A stretch of 64,000 bases of DNA from a virus (lineage: Duplodnaviria > Caudoviricetes). A program made the translations under genes and the position numbers. The notes below the pieces were generated by a model. That model ran no database searches. It worked only from the letters and a program-made list of their open reading frames with translations, and was not told where the DNA came from. Of this stretch, positions 42,195-52,243 are shown one piece after another. The stretch is from positions 9,470-73,469 of the IMG/VR virus record IMGVR_UViG_3300012665_000704; one strand, written 5' to 3'. Each line of letters starts with the position of its first letter. The stretch's first letter is position 1.

Positions 42195-43153
42195 TCGCAA
42201 TTGAGGCGCCACAGCCCTATCTTGCAATCACATGGCAAGTTAACAACTATTGCAACTTTAAATGTAGCTACTGCAATCCTGGTAATTGGGGAGGCACAGA
42301 TATTAATGACGGTAATTTAGATTTGTATATTAGCAATTTAGCTACCATGATTAATAAGTATAAAGCTGCCGGATATAAGAATTTTAAGTTCTTCTTTAGC
42401 GGTGGTGAACCTACAGCATGGAAAAACTTTATTCCAATATGTGAATGGATTTATAAAGAACTACCACGTGCTACACTGGCAGTAAACACTAACCTATCCC
42501 GCCCGTTAGCATGGTGGGAAAAGCATTATCATTTGTTTGATGATGTTGTTGCTAGTTACCATGTTGAGTTTAGTGATAAAAGAAGATATGAAGAAAACAG
42601 TATTTTCTTATGTGATAAAGTAAACTATCTTAGCACCAAGATGCTAATGCATGAAGAAAGATTCTGGGAAGTAGTTGAGTATGGTAATTATTTAAAAACA
42701 GTAATGCCAAATTATTTCTTAGAATGGACTCCGTTGTTTGATGAGATGAGTGTTAATGCAGGGCCTTGGCAGTATAAAGATCCAGCAAAAGAACAATGGC
42801 TACGTGAACACACTACTGAGATTCAACAAACTAAACGTAAACCTATGAAGCGAACAACACTTACGGTTAGTTATAATAAATATGATGACGGAAGTAATGA
42901 AGTTTGTAATAGTAATGAAGTGATTGTAGCAGGTAATAATTTCTTTAGTGGTTGGAATTGTAATGTAGGTGATGCTATTTTTATTAATCCAGTGGGTGAA
43001 ATGAGTTTAGCAAGTTGCGGCATGGGCGGTTATGTTGGACATATATTAACTGACATTAATCGTGTAGGACCAAAACAAATTGTATGTGAAAAAGAACATT
43101 GTCATTGTGGTACTGATATTATCATTCCTAAATTTATAGAAGAAACAATATGA
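42179..43153 (+). CDS. Radical SAM protein with a C-terminal Cys cluster
   Basis: CNFKCSYC, SGGEPT and VNTN; C-terminal W.C..G...C...CEKEHCHCGTD. Confidence 0.85.
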   Translation: MGKKLIAIEAPQPYLAITWQVNNYCNFKCSYCNPGNWGGTDINDGNLDLYISNLATMINKYKAAGYKNFKFFFSGGEPTAWKNFIPICEWIYKELPRATLAVNTNLSRPLAWWEKHYHLFDDVVASYHVEFSDKRRYEENSIFLCDKVNYLSTKMLMHEERFWEVVEYGNYLKTVMPNYFLEWTPLFDEMSVNAGPWQYKDPAKEQWLREHTTEIQQTKRKPMKRTTLTVSYNKYDDGSNEVCNSNEVIVAGNNFFSGWNCNVGDAIFINPVGEMSLASCGMGGYVGHILTDINRVGPKQIVCEKEHCHCGTDIIIPKFIEETI

Positions 43154-44469
43154 GTGGCCCAATACGCATAGCATATAGTTGGATAGGGCCCAGAGGCCCT
43201 ATGATTAACACAGAGCTACCTAACATATTATCTTTTGCTGCCGTAGCAGAAGGAGCACAAACAACTTCTCGTAACTTTTGGGCAGATGATATATGGTGGA
43301 GAATATTCCATGAAAACGGAGATTATGAATTATCTAGCATATTTGGGCTAGATCAAAGACATACTTTTATATACCCTTTCACGTTAACTTGGCGTATTCC
43401 CTTTGCTAATTACTTTTATGGAAACTCAGGAATACTTGAATTTTCACATACCCCTAATCATATTATACATCATGTGCGTAGAAGTAATGGTTATATTTTA
43501 ATTGATTGTACTGCGGAAGCGTGGGTAGAAGATTCTCATTTGCAAGCAATGCATACTTATTTTGGTCACTTTAATCACATTCCAATGGGAAAAATTATAT
43601 ATCTTACTGGTTGTATGAATGCAACAGATGTATATGAAAAATTCTGTAAGGAAAATAACGTACCAAATAATAGTAGGGATAGAATGAAATTATTTTCTTT
43701 TCCTATATCTCAAAGTGGAATTGCAACTAATTTATTTCATCAGCCCAATGAACCTGTGTATGATGTTGATACTGTCCCTGAGAAATTATTTTTGTGTTGG
43801 AACAGAAGATTTCGCAGTCATAGAACATCTCTAGCCCTGGCTCTTAATAAACATGGATTAGTTGACAGGAGTTATTATAGTATGGGATTAGTAGACCCGG
43901 AAGCAACTACCGTAACCTTTCAAAGTACAGTCGATTTATATAACGGCAACACAAATGGAATAACAACAGATGATGTAACTAATTTTGTAAATAAATTACC
44001 ATTGATAATTGATGGTGAAAATGATATCCATCAAATGTGCCAAGACTTTGATGCCGCCGCCCGCAATTTTTATATCAATAGTTTAGTTAGTATAGTGACA
44101 GAAACTAATTTTGCATCCACAGCATTAACTTTAACTGAAAAATCATTTAAACCATCTAAAGAAAAACATCCATTTATTATTGTAGGAGTAAAGGGTGCAT
44201 TAAAATCAATGCGTGAGTTTGGATTTCAGACATTTGGTGAGTTTTGGGATGAATCGTATGACGAAGAAGAAAATCCAACAACAAGATTACATAAAATAAT
44301 AGAAGTTTGTAAAGACATAGGAAATTGGGATAGAGAAAAAATACTCGATTTTAAAAGAAAAGTAAAACCAATATTAGAGAATAACTATATGATGGTGCAA
44401 AGTAACACTGCTAAAGTTATAGCAGGAAAAATAGAAAATACAATAAGGCAAGGGAAAAACTTACTATGA
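43150..44469 (+). CDS. Putative GT-B-like (GT10-related 'TEK' motif) glycosyltransferase
   Basis: FLCWNRR.R.HR and SIVTET...LTEKSFKP....HPFIIVG....L..MREFGFQTF..FWDESYD. Confidence 0.45.
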   Translation: MSGPIRIAYSWIGPRGPMINTELPNILSFAAVAEGAQTTSRNFWADDIWWRIFHENGDYELSSIFGLDQRHTFIYPFTLTWRIPFANYFYGNSGILEFSHTPNHIIHHVRRSNGYILIDCTAEAWVEDSHLQAMHTYFGHFNHIPMGKIIYLTGCMNATDVYEKFCKENNVPNNSRDRMKLFSFPISQSGIATNLFHQPNEPVYDVDTVPEKLFLCWNRRFRSHRTSLALALNKHGLVDRSYYSMGLVDPEATTVTFQSTVDLYNGNTNGITTDDVTNFVNKLPLIIDGENDIHQMCQDFDAAARNFYINSLVSIVTETNFASTALTLTEKSFKPSKEKHPFIIVGVKGALKSMREFGFQTFGEFWDESYDEEENPTTRLHKIIEVCKDIGNWDREKILDFKRKVKPILENNYMMVQSNTAKVIAGKIENTIRQGKNLL

Positions 44470-45443
44470 AAAAAATATTAGTATGTGGTGCAGGTGGATT
44501 CATTGGCTCTCACCTAGTAGAAAAATTAAAAGAACAAGGCAACTATGTTATAGGTGTTGATTTACATTACCCATTGTATAGTTCAACTAAAGCTGATGTA
44601 TTTTATCTAATGGATTTGCGTGAACAAGAAAATGTTCGTAAATTAATTACACGTGATATTGATGAAATTTATCAACTAGCCGCAGACATGGGCGGCGCAG
44701 GATATATTTTTACAGGTGAGCATGATGCTGACATTATGCATAACAGTTGTCAAATTAATTTGAATGTATTAGATGCAATGGTTAAAGCTAACGTAAAGAA
44801 AGTGTTTTATAGTTCAAGCGCATGTATGTATCCGAGTCATAATCAGGAAGATCCTGATAATCCATTGATGGCAGAAGATAGTGCATACCCGGCTAATCCA
44901 GACAGTGAGTACGGCTGGGAAAAACTATTTAGCGAACGTTTGTATATGACATACGCTAAGAATTATGGATTTGATGTACGTATTGCAAGATTTCATAATA
45001 TTTTCGGACCACATGGTTCATGGGATAACGGTAAAGAAAAAGCTCCGGCAGCGTTATGTCGTAAAGTAGCACTATGCAAAGATGGCGGAGTTGTTGATGT
45101 TTGGGGTCCTGGAAATCAAACTCGTAGTTTCTTGTACATTGACGAATGTGTTGAAGGTATTCAACGCATTATGAATAGCAATTATACTAAACCAGTAAAC
45201 TTGGGTAGTACACGAATGATTAGTATCAATCAACTTGTATTTCTAATCGCAAAGTTGAACCGAAAGAATGTTAGTATTCGTAATATAGACGGCCCGCGCG
45301 GCGTAATGGGTCGCAACAGTGACAATAAGTTGATTAAAGAAGTTATCGATTGGGCACCAGACGAAGATTTAGAATCTGGTTTGATTAAAACTTATAAATG
45401 GATTGATGAACAGATTCAATTAGGTTTGAAGGATGTAGCATGA
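44466..45443 (+). CDS. NAD-dependent epimerase, GDP-mannose 3,5-epimerase-like
   Basis: GAGGFIG, LAADMGGAGYI, YSSSACMYP, YGWEK, RFHNIFGP, EKAPAALCRK and GVMGRNSDN are hallmarks of the GME subfamily of extended SDRs. Confidence 0.88.
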   Translation: MKKILVCGAGGFIGSHLVEKLKEQGNYVIGVDLHYPLYSSTKADVFYLMDLREQENVRKLITRDIDEIYQLAADMGGAGYIFTGEHDADIMHNSCQINLNVLDAMVKANVKKVFYSSSACMYPSHNQEDPDNPLMAEDSAYPANPDSEYGWEKLFSERLYMTYAKNYGFDVRIARFHNIFGPHGSWDNGKEKAPAALCRKVALCKDGGVVDVWGPGNQTRSFLYIDECVEGIQRIMNSNYTKPVNLGSTRMISINQLVFLIAKLNRKNVSIRNIDGPRGVMGRNSDNKLIKEVIDWAPDEDLESGLIKTYKWIDEQIQLGLKDVA

Positions 45444-46324
45444 AGAAATATATAATAGGATTAGGTTGTAGCTGGACACAAGGTGAGGGTGGATACCCGG
45501 AAGAAATATGGAAACAGTACAATGGTAGTCCACAAAGAGCATTGCGTTGCAAAGATGATTATCATATTAGGCACTATGAACATGAAAACAGTTGGGTTAA
45601 CGTTTTGTGCCGCGACTATTTCAATGATTACACTCCGGTCAACTTAGGTGTTAAGGGTATTGGTAATAGGGCGGCAGTTCATCAGTTACATTTTTGTGAT
45701 ATAATTGATTGGGAGAACAGTGAAGGCATTATTGTTTTAATGTTGAGTGGGTTTGAAAGATTTGATTTCTTTCAACAACATCCTAAACGTAACGAAGGTA
45801 ATGATAACACATACAGCACTCCGGGTGAGTTTGCACATCATAAGTGGCGCACAGCATGGCCTATACCCAATCAAGGTGGAGAAGAAGCACCTATATATAC
45901 TGTGTACAGTGATATGTTATGGAGTGAACAATTTGTTGCTTGTGAACAAATGATGGCTCTTTTAGATGTACAAACATTTGCAAAAGCACACGGGTTTAAA
46001 CTAGTGGTTGCAAATGGTTTTAATCAACGACAAGAAGGTATAAAAACTTATTTGCGAAACAATGCGGGAAGTTTAACTGACAAATTCAATTGGGATTCTT
46101 ACGTACATCACACTACCGATTATTCCGCATTTGTTGAAAAGTTAGTTCAACTAGATGGACTCATTCCTGCTCGTAATTGGGATAGATTCCATTCATTCTA
46201 TAGTCAGCGTGATTGGCCTGCTAAATATCTTACAAACTGTGAAGGTGCACATCCTACCCTTGAGGGTTATAAAGTAATAGGAAGTGAACTTGCACAATTT
46301 ATAAGATTGCGTGGTTATGTCTAA
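45440..46324 (+). CDS. SGNH/GDSL-like hydrolase or acyltransferase
   Basis: GCSWT.G, NLGVKGIGN and C-terminal EGAHPT..GY..I. Confidence 0.55.
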   Translation: MKKYIIGLGCSWTQGEGGYPEEIWKQYNGSPQRALRCKDDYHIRHYEHENSWVNVLCRDYFNDYTPVNLGVKGIGNRAAVHQLHFCDIIDWENSEGIIVLMLSGFERFDFFQQHPKRNEGNDNTYSTPGEFAHHKWRTAWPIPNQGGEEAPIYTVYSDMLWSEQFVACEQMMALLDVQTFAKAHGFKLVVANGFNQRQEGIKTYLRNNAGSLTDKFNWDSYVHHTTDYSAFVEKLVQLDGLIPARNWDRFHSFYSQRDWPAKYLTNCEGAHPTLEGYKVIGSELAQFIRLRGYV

Positions 46325-48242
46325 AAAAATAATTAGTTTTGTAAATCCAAATTTTCAGCAAGGCCCTAAAGAATTTAATGCATATTATCTTCCGTACAGC
46401 CCTGCTGTCCTATGGTCATACGTAGCACAATTTGAAAACATTACTAAAGAATATGAATTAGGCGAATTTATCTGGCGTAGAGATTTAATTGAAGAAGCAG
46501 TAGCTAGACTGAAAGACCATGCAATTGTTGGATTCAGTACATACATTTGGAATCGTAGTTATAATACTGTATTAGCACGTGAATTAAAAAAAGCTAACCC
46601 AAACATTCTTATTCTTGCAGGTGGACCAGAGTACCCTATTGAGAAACCACACTTCTTTAAAACATACCCGTTCATTGATATTTGTGCTAAGTTAGAAGGA
46701 GAGAAATCATTCAAAAAGATTCTTGAACATTTTTTAACAGATAAAGACTATACATCTATTCCTGGCTTGTTAATTAACAATAACGGAGAGACAATCGATA
46801 CAGGCGATGCTATACGTATTGATGATTTGGATACAATACCTAGTCCATACTTAACTGATGTATTCAAAAGTCTCATGGAAAAACATCCAGAGATACGTTG
46901 GAATGCCACATTAGAAACAAACAGAGGTTGTCCATATGCTTGTACTTTTTGCGACTGGGGTTCACTAACATATAACAAAGTTAAGAAGTTTAACCTTGAA
47001 CGTGTATATGAAGAACTAGAGTGGATAGGTAAAAATCAATGTGACTTTGTTTCACTAACTGATGCTAACTTTGGTATATTCCCTGAACGTGATAGTTTGA
47101 TTGCTGATAAACTAATTGCTGTTCAAAAAGAATATAACAATCCCAAAGCATATACAATTGCATGGGCAAAGAATCAAAAACGTGAAGTCGTAGAGATTGT
47201 ACGCAAGTTGATTTATGAAGGTGGCAGTAAGATGGGTCTTAACTTATCTGTTCAATCTATGGATGATAATGTATTAGAGATTATCAAACGTAAAAACTTA
47301 GAGATGCATAAGATTACAGAAGTATTTGAGATGTGTGAAGAATACAACATCCCATTGTATACTGAATTGATTTTAGGATTACCCGGCGAGACATTAGAAA
47401 CTTGGAAAGATAATTTCTACAAGTTGTATAAAGCAGGCAATCATACAGGCATCACTGTTTATCAAGCACAACTGTTAGAAAACGCTGAGATGAATTTGTT
47501 ACAGCGTAAGTTGTATAAACTAGAAGGTCAGATTGTTTATGATTATCTAGTTGGTACATATAATGAACACGAATTAAAAGAGGGTATTGAAGTTATTGTT
47601 TCAACAAAAGATTTACCATTTGACAAAATGGTTGATGCACAAGTCTTTAGTTGGTTTATGAACACGTTTCACATTAACGGTATTACTAACTATATCAGTC
47701 GATTTTTGTTCAAATATTCAAATATAGAATACGAAACATTCTATGGTAAACTATTAGAACACATTGAAAAAGATGATTGGTTTCTAAATGAAACAAAACG
47801 TATCAGAGAGCATTATAGTAATTGGAGTAAGTACGGCAGAATAGACCATGAACCTATTCAGGGTATGGAAATTCATGGCTGGAACTTAATTCATAGTACA
47901 TTGATTAACTTGCATGGTCAAGGTAAACACGAACATGTATTCAATATTATACGTGACTTTACAAAACAATTTAATCTACCAGAAGATATTTTTGAAGAAC
48001 TAATGAAGTTCCAAAGTACTTTCTTAGTTGACCACAATAAGATACAGCAATATCCTCAAGTATTAGAGTTTAACCATGACATTATGGGTTATATTCAAAC
48101 TGGCATGGAACTAAACAACACTGTTAAGTATGAATTTGATTTTCCAGAAGATAAAGATATGAGTTTACAACGATTCTGTGAACAGATATTTTTTGCTAGA
48201 AGAAGAAATTTTGGTAAGTCATGGGTAACTAAGCATGTCTAA
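46317..48242 (+). CDS. Cobalamin-binding radical SAM protein
   Basis: VGFSTYIWN, AGGP, EGE, ETNRGCPYACTFCDWG, DANFG and ELILGLPGET. ATG at 46317 is preferred over the GTG at 46311. Confidence 0.85.
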   Translation: MSKKIISFVNPNFQQGPKEFNAYYLPYSPAVLWSYVAQFENITKEYELGEFIWRRDLIEEAVARLKDHAIVGFSTYIWNRSYNTVLARELKKANPNILILAGGPEYPIEKPHFFKTYPFIDICAKLEGEKSFKKILEHFLTDKDYTSIPGLLINNNGETIDTGDAIRIDDLDTIPSPYLTDVFKSLMEKHPEIRWNATLETNRGCPYACTFCDWGSLTYNKVKKFNLERVYEELEWIGKNQCDFVSLTDANFGIFPERDSLIADKLIAVQKEYNNPKAYTIAWAKNQKREVVEIVRKLIYEGGSKMGLNLSVQSMDDNVLEIIKRKNLEMHKITEVFEMCEEYNIPLYTELILGLPGETLETWKDNFYKLYKAGNHTGITVYQAQLLENAEMNLLQRKLYKLEGQIVYDYLVGTYNEHELKEGIEVIVSTKDLPFDKMVDAQVFSWFMNTFHINGITNYISRFLFKYSNIEYETFYGKLLEHIEKDDWFLNETKRIREHYSNWSKYGRIDHEPIQGMEIHGWNLIHSTLINLHGQGKHEHVFNIIRDFTKQFNLPEDIFEELMKFQSTFLVDHNKIQQYPQVLEFNHDIMGYIQTGMELNNTVKYEFDFPEDKDMSLQRFCEQIFFARRRNFGKSWVTKHV

Positions 48243-49182
48243 AAGATTCTACACTTCAGTTAATGGTTTTAATTATAACGAAATACTAAAAACTGAAGCT
48301 AGTGAGATTGTTCTATTAAGTGAAACTGAATGGGAAATTAATATCCCTGAATATTTTCTAAACGAATTAAAAGTTCCACTAAGAATTGTATTGGGTTCGT
48401 TTGAATCTGAATACTATACTGAAAGATACAAAAACATTAATGTAGAATATTGGAATACGCATTGGCTGGGTTGGTCACAACTGCAACTCAAACATGAACA
48501 GTGGTTTAAAACATATAAACCTAATATTGAATTTAAATATCCGTTCATTTCATTAAACAATAGAAGTCATATTCATAGATGTGTATTCATTGATGAATTA
48601 GCAAAACAAAACCTAGTTGACAGAGGAATTGTTACCTGGATAAAACATCTAAATGAAAATAAAAATTATCCTTATCAATATTTTGACAATCAAATTAGAA
48701 AACTTGATGATGATTTTCAAACACAATTAAACAGTTTTATTATACCTCAAGAATTCCATGATTCGTTTTTTCATATAGTTACTGAAGCAACATGCGTAAC
48801 ACCTTTCTTAACTGAGAAAACAGCGATACCTTTGTTACTAAAGAAACCATTTATGATTATAGGTTCGCAGTACTATAATCAAAAACTTGTTGAATTGGGT
48901 TTTAAGTTATATGATGAAATAATTGATTATGCATATGACAATATAGTAGACCTACACGAACGAACACGATTGTTTGTAACTAATATACATAAAATTGTAA
49001 ATTGCAATTCTACAGAAATGTATGAACTATTAAAGCCTAAAATTGAGTTCAATTATAATCGTGCTTTAGAGATTATCAATGATACTAATTTTATTCCTGA
49101 TATCATAAAAGAACGATGTGTTTCTGGTGCAAATGATTTGATAGTAGATAGTAGATATGAAGTATTGATGAGGGGTATATGA
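48235..49182 (+). CDS. Putative GT-B-like ('TEK' motif) glycosyltransferase
   Basis: SLNNR.H.HR and HIVTEA....FLTEKT..PLL.KKPF...G......L..LGFKLYDEIIDYAYD. Confidence 0.45.
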   Translation: MSKRFYTSVNGFNYNEILKTEASEIVLLSETEWEINIPEYFLNELKVPLRIVLGSFESEYYTERYKNINVEYWNTHWLGWSQLQLKHEQWFKTYKPNIEFKYPFISLNNRSHIHRCVFIDELAKQNLVDRGIVTWIKHLNENKNYPYQYFDNQIRKLDDDFQTQLNSFIIPQEFHDSFFHIVTEATCVTPFLTEKTAIPLLLKKPFMIIGSQYYNQKLVELGFKLYDEIIDYAYDNIVDLHERTRLFVTNIHKIVNCNSTEMYELLKPKIEFNYNRALEIINDTNFIPDIIKERCVSGANDLIVDSRYEVLMRGI

Positions 49183-50267
49183 TAATTATAGGACAAATTT
49201 GGAATTATAATTTCAAATTGCTTCTAACACAATTAGAAGAAAATTTACCACGTGTAAAACATATTATATTTGATTTCTTATTAGAGAGTAGTTATATACC
49301 TTCTATAAATCAACAAGAAGCATACTATAAGATGGTTGATTTGGCATATGAAAATAATATACCAGTCACTATACTTACACCATTTGACAGAACAGCAGAA
49401 CCATTATTAGATTTTTCTCAACCTAAATTTTCACGTATTAAAATGATTCATTGGGAAACATTTTGGTTTAAACGCACCCACGTTGCATGGACATCACCTT
49501 ATAAAATTAGAGATAACTTAAAAAAGAATCTTGATATTGAAAGATTTGATAGCAGTAGAGAATTAAATGACTTTAAATATCCCTACATTACATTAAACAA
49601 TATTTCAAAACTACACAGATCACTAGTAATGGATTTACTTGCAAAACACAACTTAATTGACGTTGGTGCAATTGCATGGAGAGATATCAATCATGCATGT
49701 GATGAAGTTAGACATACATTCCCTGAGGGTATGACAGATAGTATGTATTTAGGATATCCGTATAAATATTGGAAACCAAAAAGAATGATATTGGATATGG
49801 GTATCGATGAGATTTTTAACCAAGAAACGATGCCGACTGAATTTAATCAATCATTTATGCAATTGGTTACTGAATCTGATCCAGATATTACTTTCTTTAG
49901 TGAAAAAACTGCTACACCCATACTGTTGAATAAACCATTTTTAGTTGCGTCAAATCAAAATTTTCACAGTAGATTGCGTAGTTTTGGATTTGTTGACTAT
50001 GATGAGTTATTTGACTATTCATTTGACAGTGAACCAGATATTGCATTAAGGTATGAGGGATTGATTGAAAACATAAAAAGATATGCATCCTTTGATAAAC
50101 AACAATTGAAAAAGTTACATGATAGTATATTTGACAAGTTATTGTACAACAAACAACAAGCAATGAATATTGTTAATAATATTCCACCTGAAATTGCAGA
50201 AATGGTTACTTACTTAAAACATGAAAACGTTCAAGGGTATGATGGCCCACTAAATATATTTCTATGA
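49179..50267 (+). CDS. Putative GT-B-like ('TEK' motif) glycosyltransferase
   Basis: TLNN...LHR and QLVTES....FFSEKT..PILLNKPF........L.SFGF..YDELFDYSFD. Confidence 0.45.
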   Translation: MIIIGQIWNYNFKLLLTQLEENLPRVKHIIFDFLLESSYIPSINQQEAYYKMVDLAYENNIPVTILTPFDRTAEPLLDFSQPKFSRIKMIHWETFWFKRTHVAWTSPYKIRDNLKKNLDIERFDSSRELNDFKYPYITLNNISKLHRSLVMDLLAKHNLIDVGAIAWRDINHACDEVRHTFPEGMTDSMYLGYPYKYWKPKRMILDMGIDEIFNQETMPTEFNQSFMQLVTESDPDITFFSEKTATPILLNKPFLVASNQNFHSRLRSFGFVDYDELFDYSFDSEPDIALRYEGLIENIKRYASFDKQQLKKLHDSIFDKLLYNKQQAMNIVNNIPPEIAEMVTYLKHENVQGYDGPLNIFL

Positions 50268-51040
50268 ATATTGATTGGTCAAAATATAAAAGATTTTTTG
50301 CATTTGGGTGCAGTTTTACTAGCTATATGTGGCCTACGTGGGCTGATGTTGTTTCTAAAGAAATGCCCAATGCTGAATTCTTTAATTTAGGTGTTAGTGG
50401 TTCCGGTAATCTTTTAATTTCATTACGTATTGCAGAAGCAAATACTAGATTTAAATTTACTGATACAGATTTAATTATGGTTATGTTTACAACATATACT
50501 AGGGAAGATCGCTACATAGATAATAAATGGGTTACAGCAGGTAATATATTTAACAATGACATTTATCCCAAAGATTGGGTAAAAGAATTTTGTGATGAAC
50601 GCGGATATTTAATACGTGATGCGGCTTTATTAGAAAACACGACTCGATATTTAGAATCATTACCCGCTGATAGTTATTGTATGCTAAGTGTACCGTTCAG
50701 AGAAGGGTCAAATGATTGTGATTCTCCGTATGAAGATGTAATCAGTGACGTATACACTTTGTACTCAGATACTTTTAGTAAATTCCCACTGTCAATGTAT
50801 GAACTTGAACTTAAAAATATGTGGGAACCTGACTATAATGGGTTCGCTGACGGACATCCTACTACAATGCGTTATTATAACTATTTAGAAAAATTAGGAT
50901 TATCACTATCTGAAAGTACAAAACAGTTTGCATTAGATGCAACACAAATATTAGTAGAATCAAAAAGCAGAGCCATACTGCCTATAATGTTTCCGGAACA
51001 AAATAATAATATTTCAAAAGCATGTAGATTAATGTTTTAA
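50264..51040 (+). CDS. SGNH/GDSL-like hydrolase or acyltransferase
   Basis: FGCSFT, NLGVSGSGN and DGHPT. Confidence 0.55.
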   Translation: MNIDWSKYKRFFAFGCSFTSYMWPTWADVVSKEMPNAEFFNLGVSGSGNLLISLRIAEANTRFKFTDTDLIMVMFTTYTREDRYIDNKWVTAGNIFNNDIYPKDWVKEFCDERGYLIRDAALLENTTRYLESLPADSYCMLSVPFREGSNDCDSPYEDVISDVYTLYSDTFSKFPLSMYELELKNMWEPDYNGFADGHPTTMRYYNYLEKLGLSLSESTKQFALDATQILVESKSRAILPIMFPEQNNNISKACRLMF

Positions 51041-51049
51041 AGGATTGTG

Positions 51050-52243
51050 ATGAAAAAAGTAGCAATGATTGGTGTTGGTAAATTGGGGCAAGATTGTGCA
51101 GAAGTAATGTATGATGCTGGCAATGATGTAGTTGGGTATGATGTAGAATATAGAACTCCTACATTTCCTATGAAAGAGACTATAGAAGAAGCAGTAAAAG
51201 ATAGAGATATTATCTTTATCGCGGCACCAACACCGCACGATCCTATCTATGGTGGCGAAACCCCAACAAGTCATTTACCTAATAAGGATTTTGATTATAC
51301 AATAGTTAAAAATATTTTAGAAGAAGTTAATAAACACGTTAATAAAAGTCAATTGGTTGTCCTCATCAGTACCGTATTACCCGGAACAGTTCGCTCTTTA
51401 CTTGAACCTTGTATCACTAACGCAAGATTCATTTATAACCCTTACCTAATTGCCATGGGAACAGTAAAATGGGATATGGTTAATCCCGAAATGGTCATTA
51501 TTGGTACAGAAGATGGTAGTATTACTGGTGATGCTAGTGAACTAATTGACTTTTATAAAATGTTTATGCAGAATGATCCACGCTATGAAGTTGGAACATG
51601 GGATGAAGCAGAGGCTATTAAAATATTTTATAATACATTCATAAGTACTAAACTTGCATTAGTTAATATGATACAGGATGTAGCAGAAACTAATGGTAAT
51701 ATGAATGTTGATATAGTCACACAAGCATTGGCAAAAAGTACAACTCGTATCATGGGACCTGCATACATGAAAGCTGGATTAGGTGATGCAGGTGCATGTC
51801 ATCCTAGAGATAATATAGCATTAAGATATCTTGCTGAACGATTAGATTTAGGTTATGATTTGTTTGATAGCATTATGACTGCTAGAGAAAAACAAGCCGA
51901 ACGTATGGCACAAAAGTGTTTACAATATGGTAAAAACATTACAATATTTGGCAAAGCATATAAGCCGGGTGTCCCGTATATAAACGGTAGTGCTAGTATG
52001 CTTGTGGGTCACTATATTCAAAAACACGGAGGTACAGTTCATTACTATGATGTAAATACCGGTGATATTGACTTACGTGAAGATTGGACTCATGTTTATT
52101 TGATTGGTTATTGGGAAGAATGGGTAGAAAAAATGTCCATACGTAACTCGGGCTGTGTGTTGATTGACCCCTGGAGGAAAGCAACGTACCAACATCATGC
52201 TGGTGAAATTGTTTACTACGGAAATACTAGAAAGAAAAAATGA
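51050..52243 (+). CDS. ugd: UDP-glucose/GDP-mannose 6-dehydrogenase family protein
   Basis: IGVGKLG, FIAAPTP, ISTVLPGT, YNP, AEAIKIFYNTF (catalytic Lys), GACHPRD (catalytic Cys) and GKAYKP. Substrate not determinable from sequence. Confidence 0.88.
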   Translation: MKKVAMIGVGKLGQDCAEVMYDAGNDVVGYDVEYRTPTFPMKETIEEAVKDRDIIFIAAPTPHDPIYGGETPTSHLPNKDFDYTIVKNILEEVNKHVNKSQLVVLISTVLPGTVRSLLEPCITNARFIYNPYLIAMGTVKWDMVNPEMVIIGTEDGSITGDASELIDFYKMFMQNDPRYEVGTWDEAEAIKIFYNTFISTKLALVNMIQDVAETNGNMNVDIVTQALAKSTTRIMGPAYMKAGLGDAGACHPRDNIALRYLAERLDLGYDLFDSIMTAREKQAERMAQKCLQYGKNITIFGKAYKPGVPYINGSASMLVGHYIQKHGGTVHYYDVNTGDIDLREDWTHVYLIGYWEEWVEKMSIRNSGCVLIDPWRKATYQHHAGEIVYYGNTRKKK

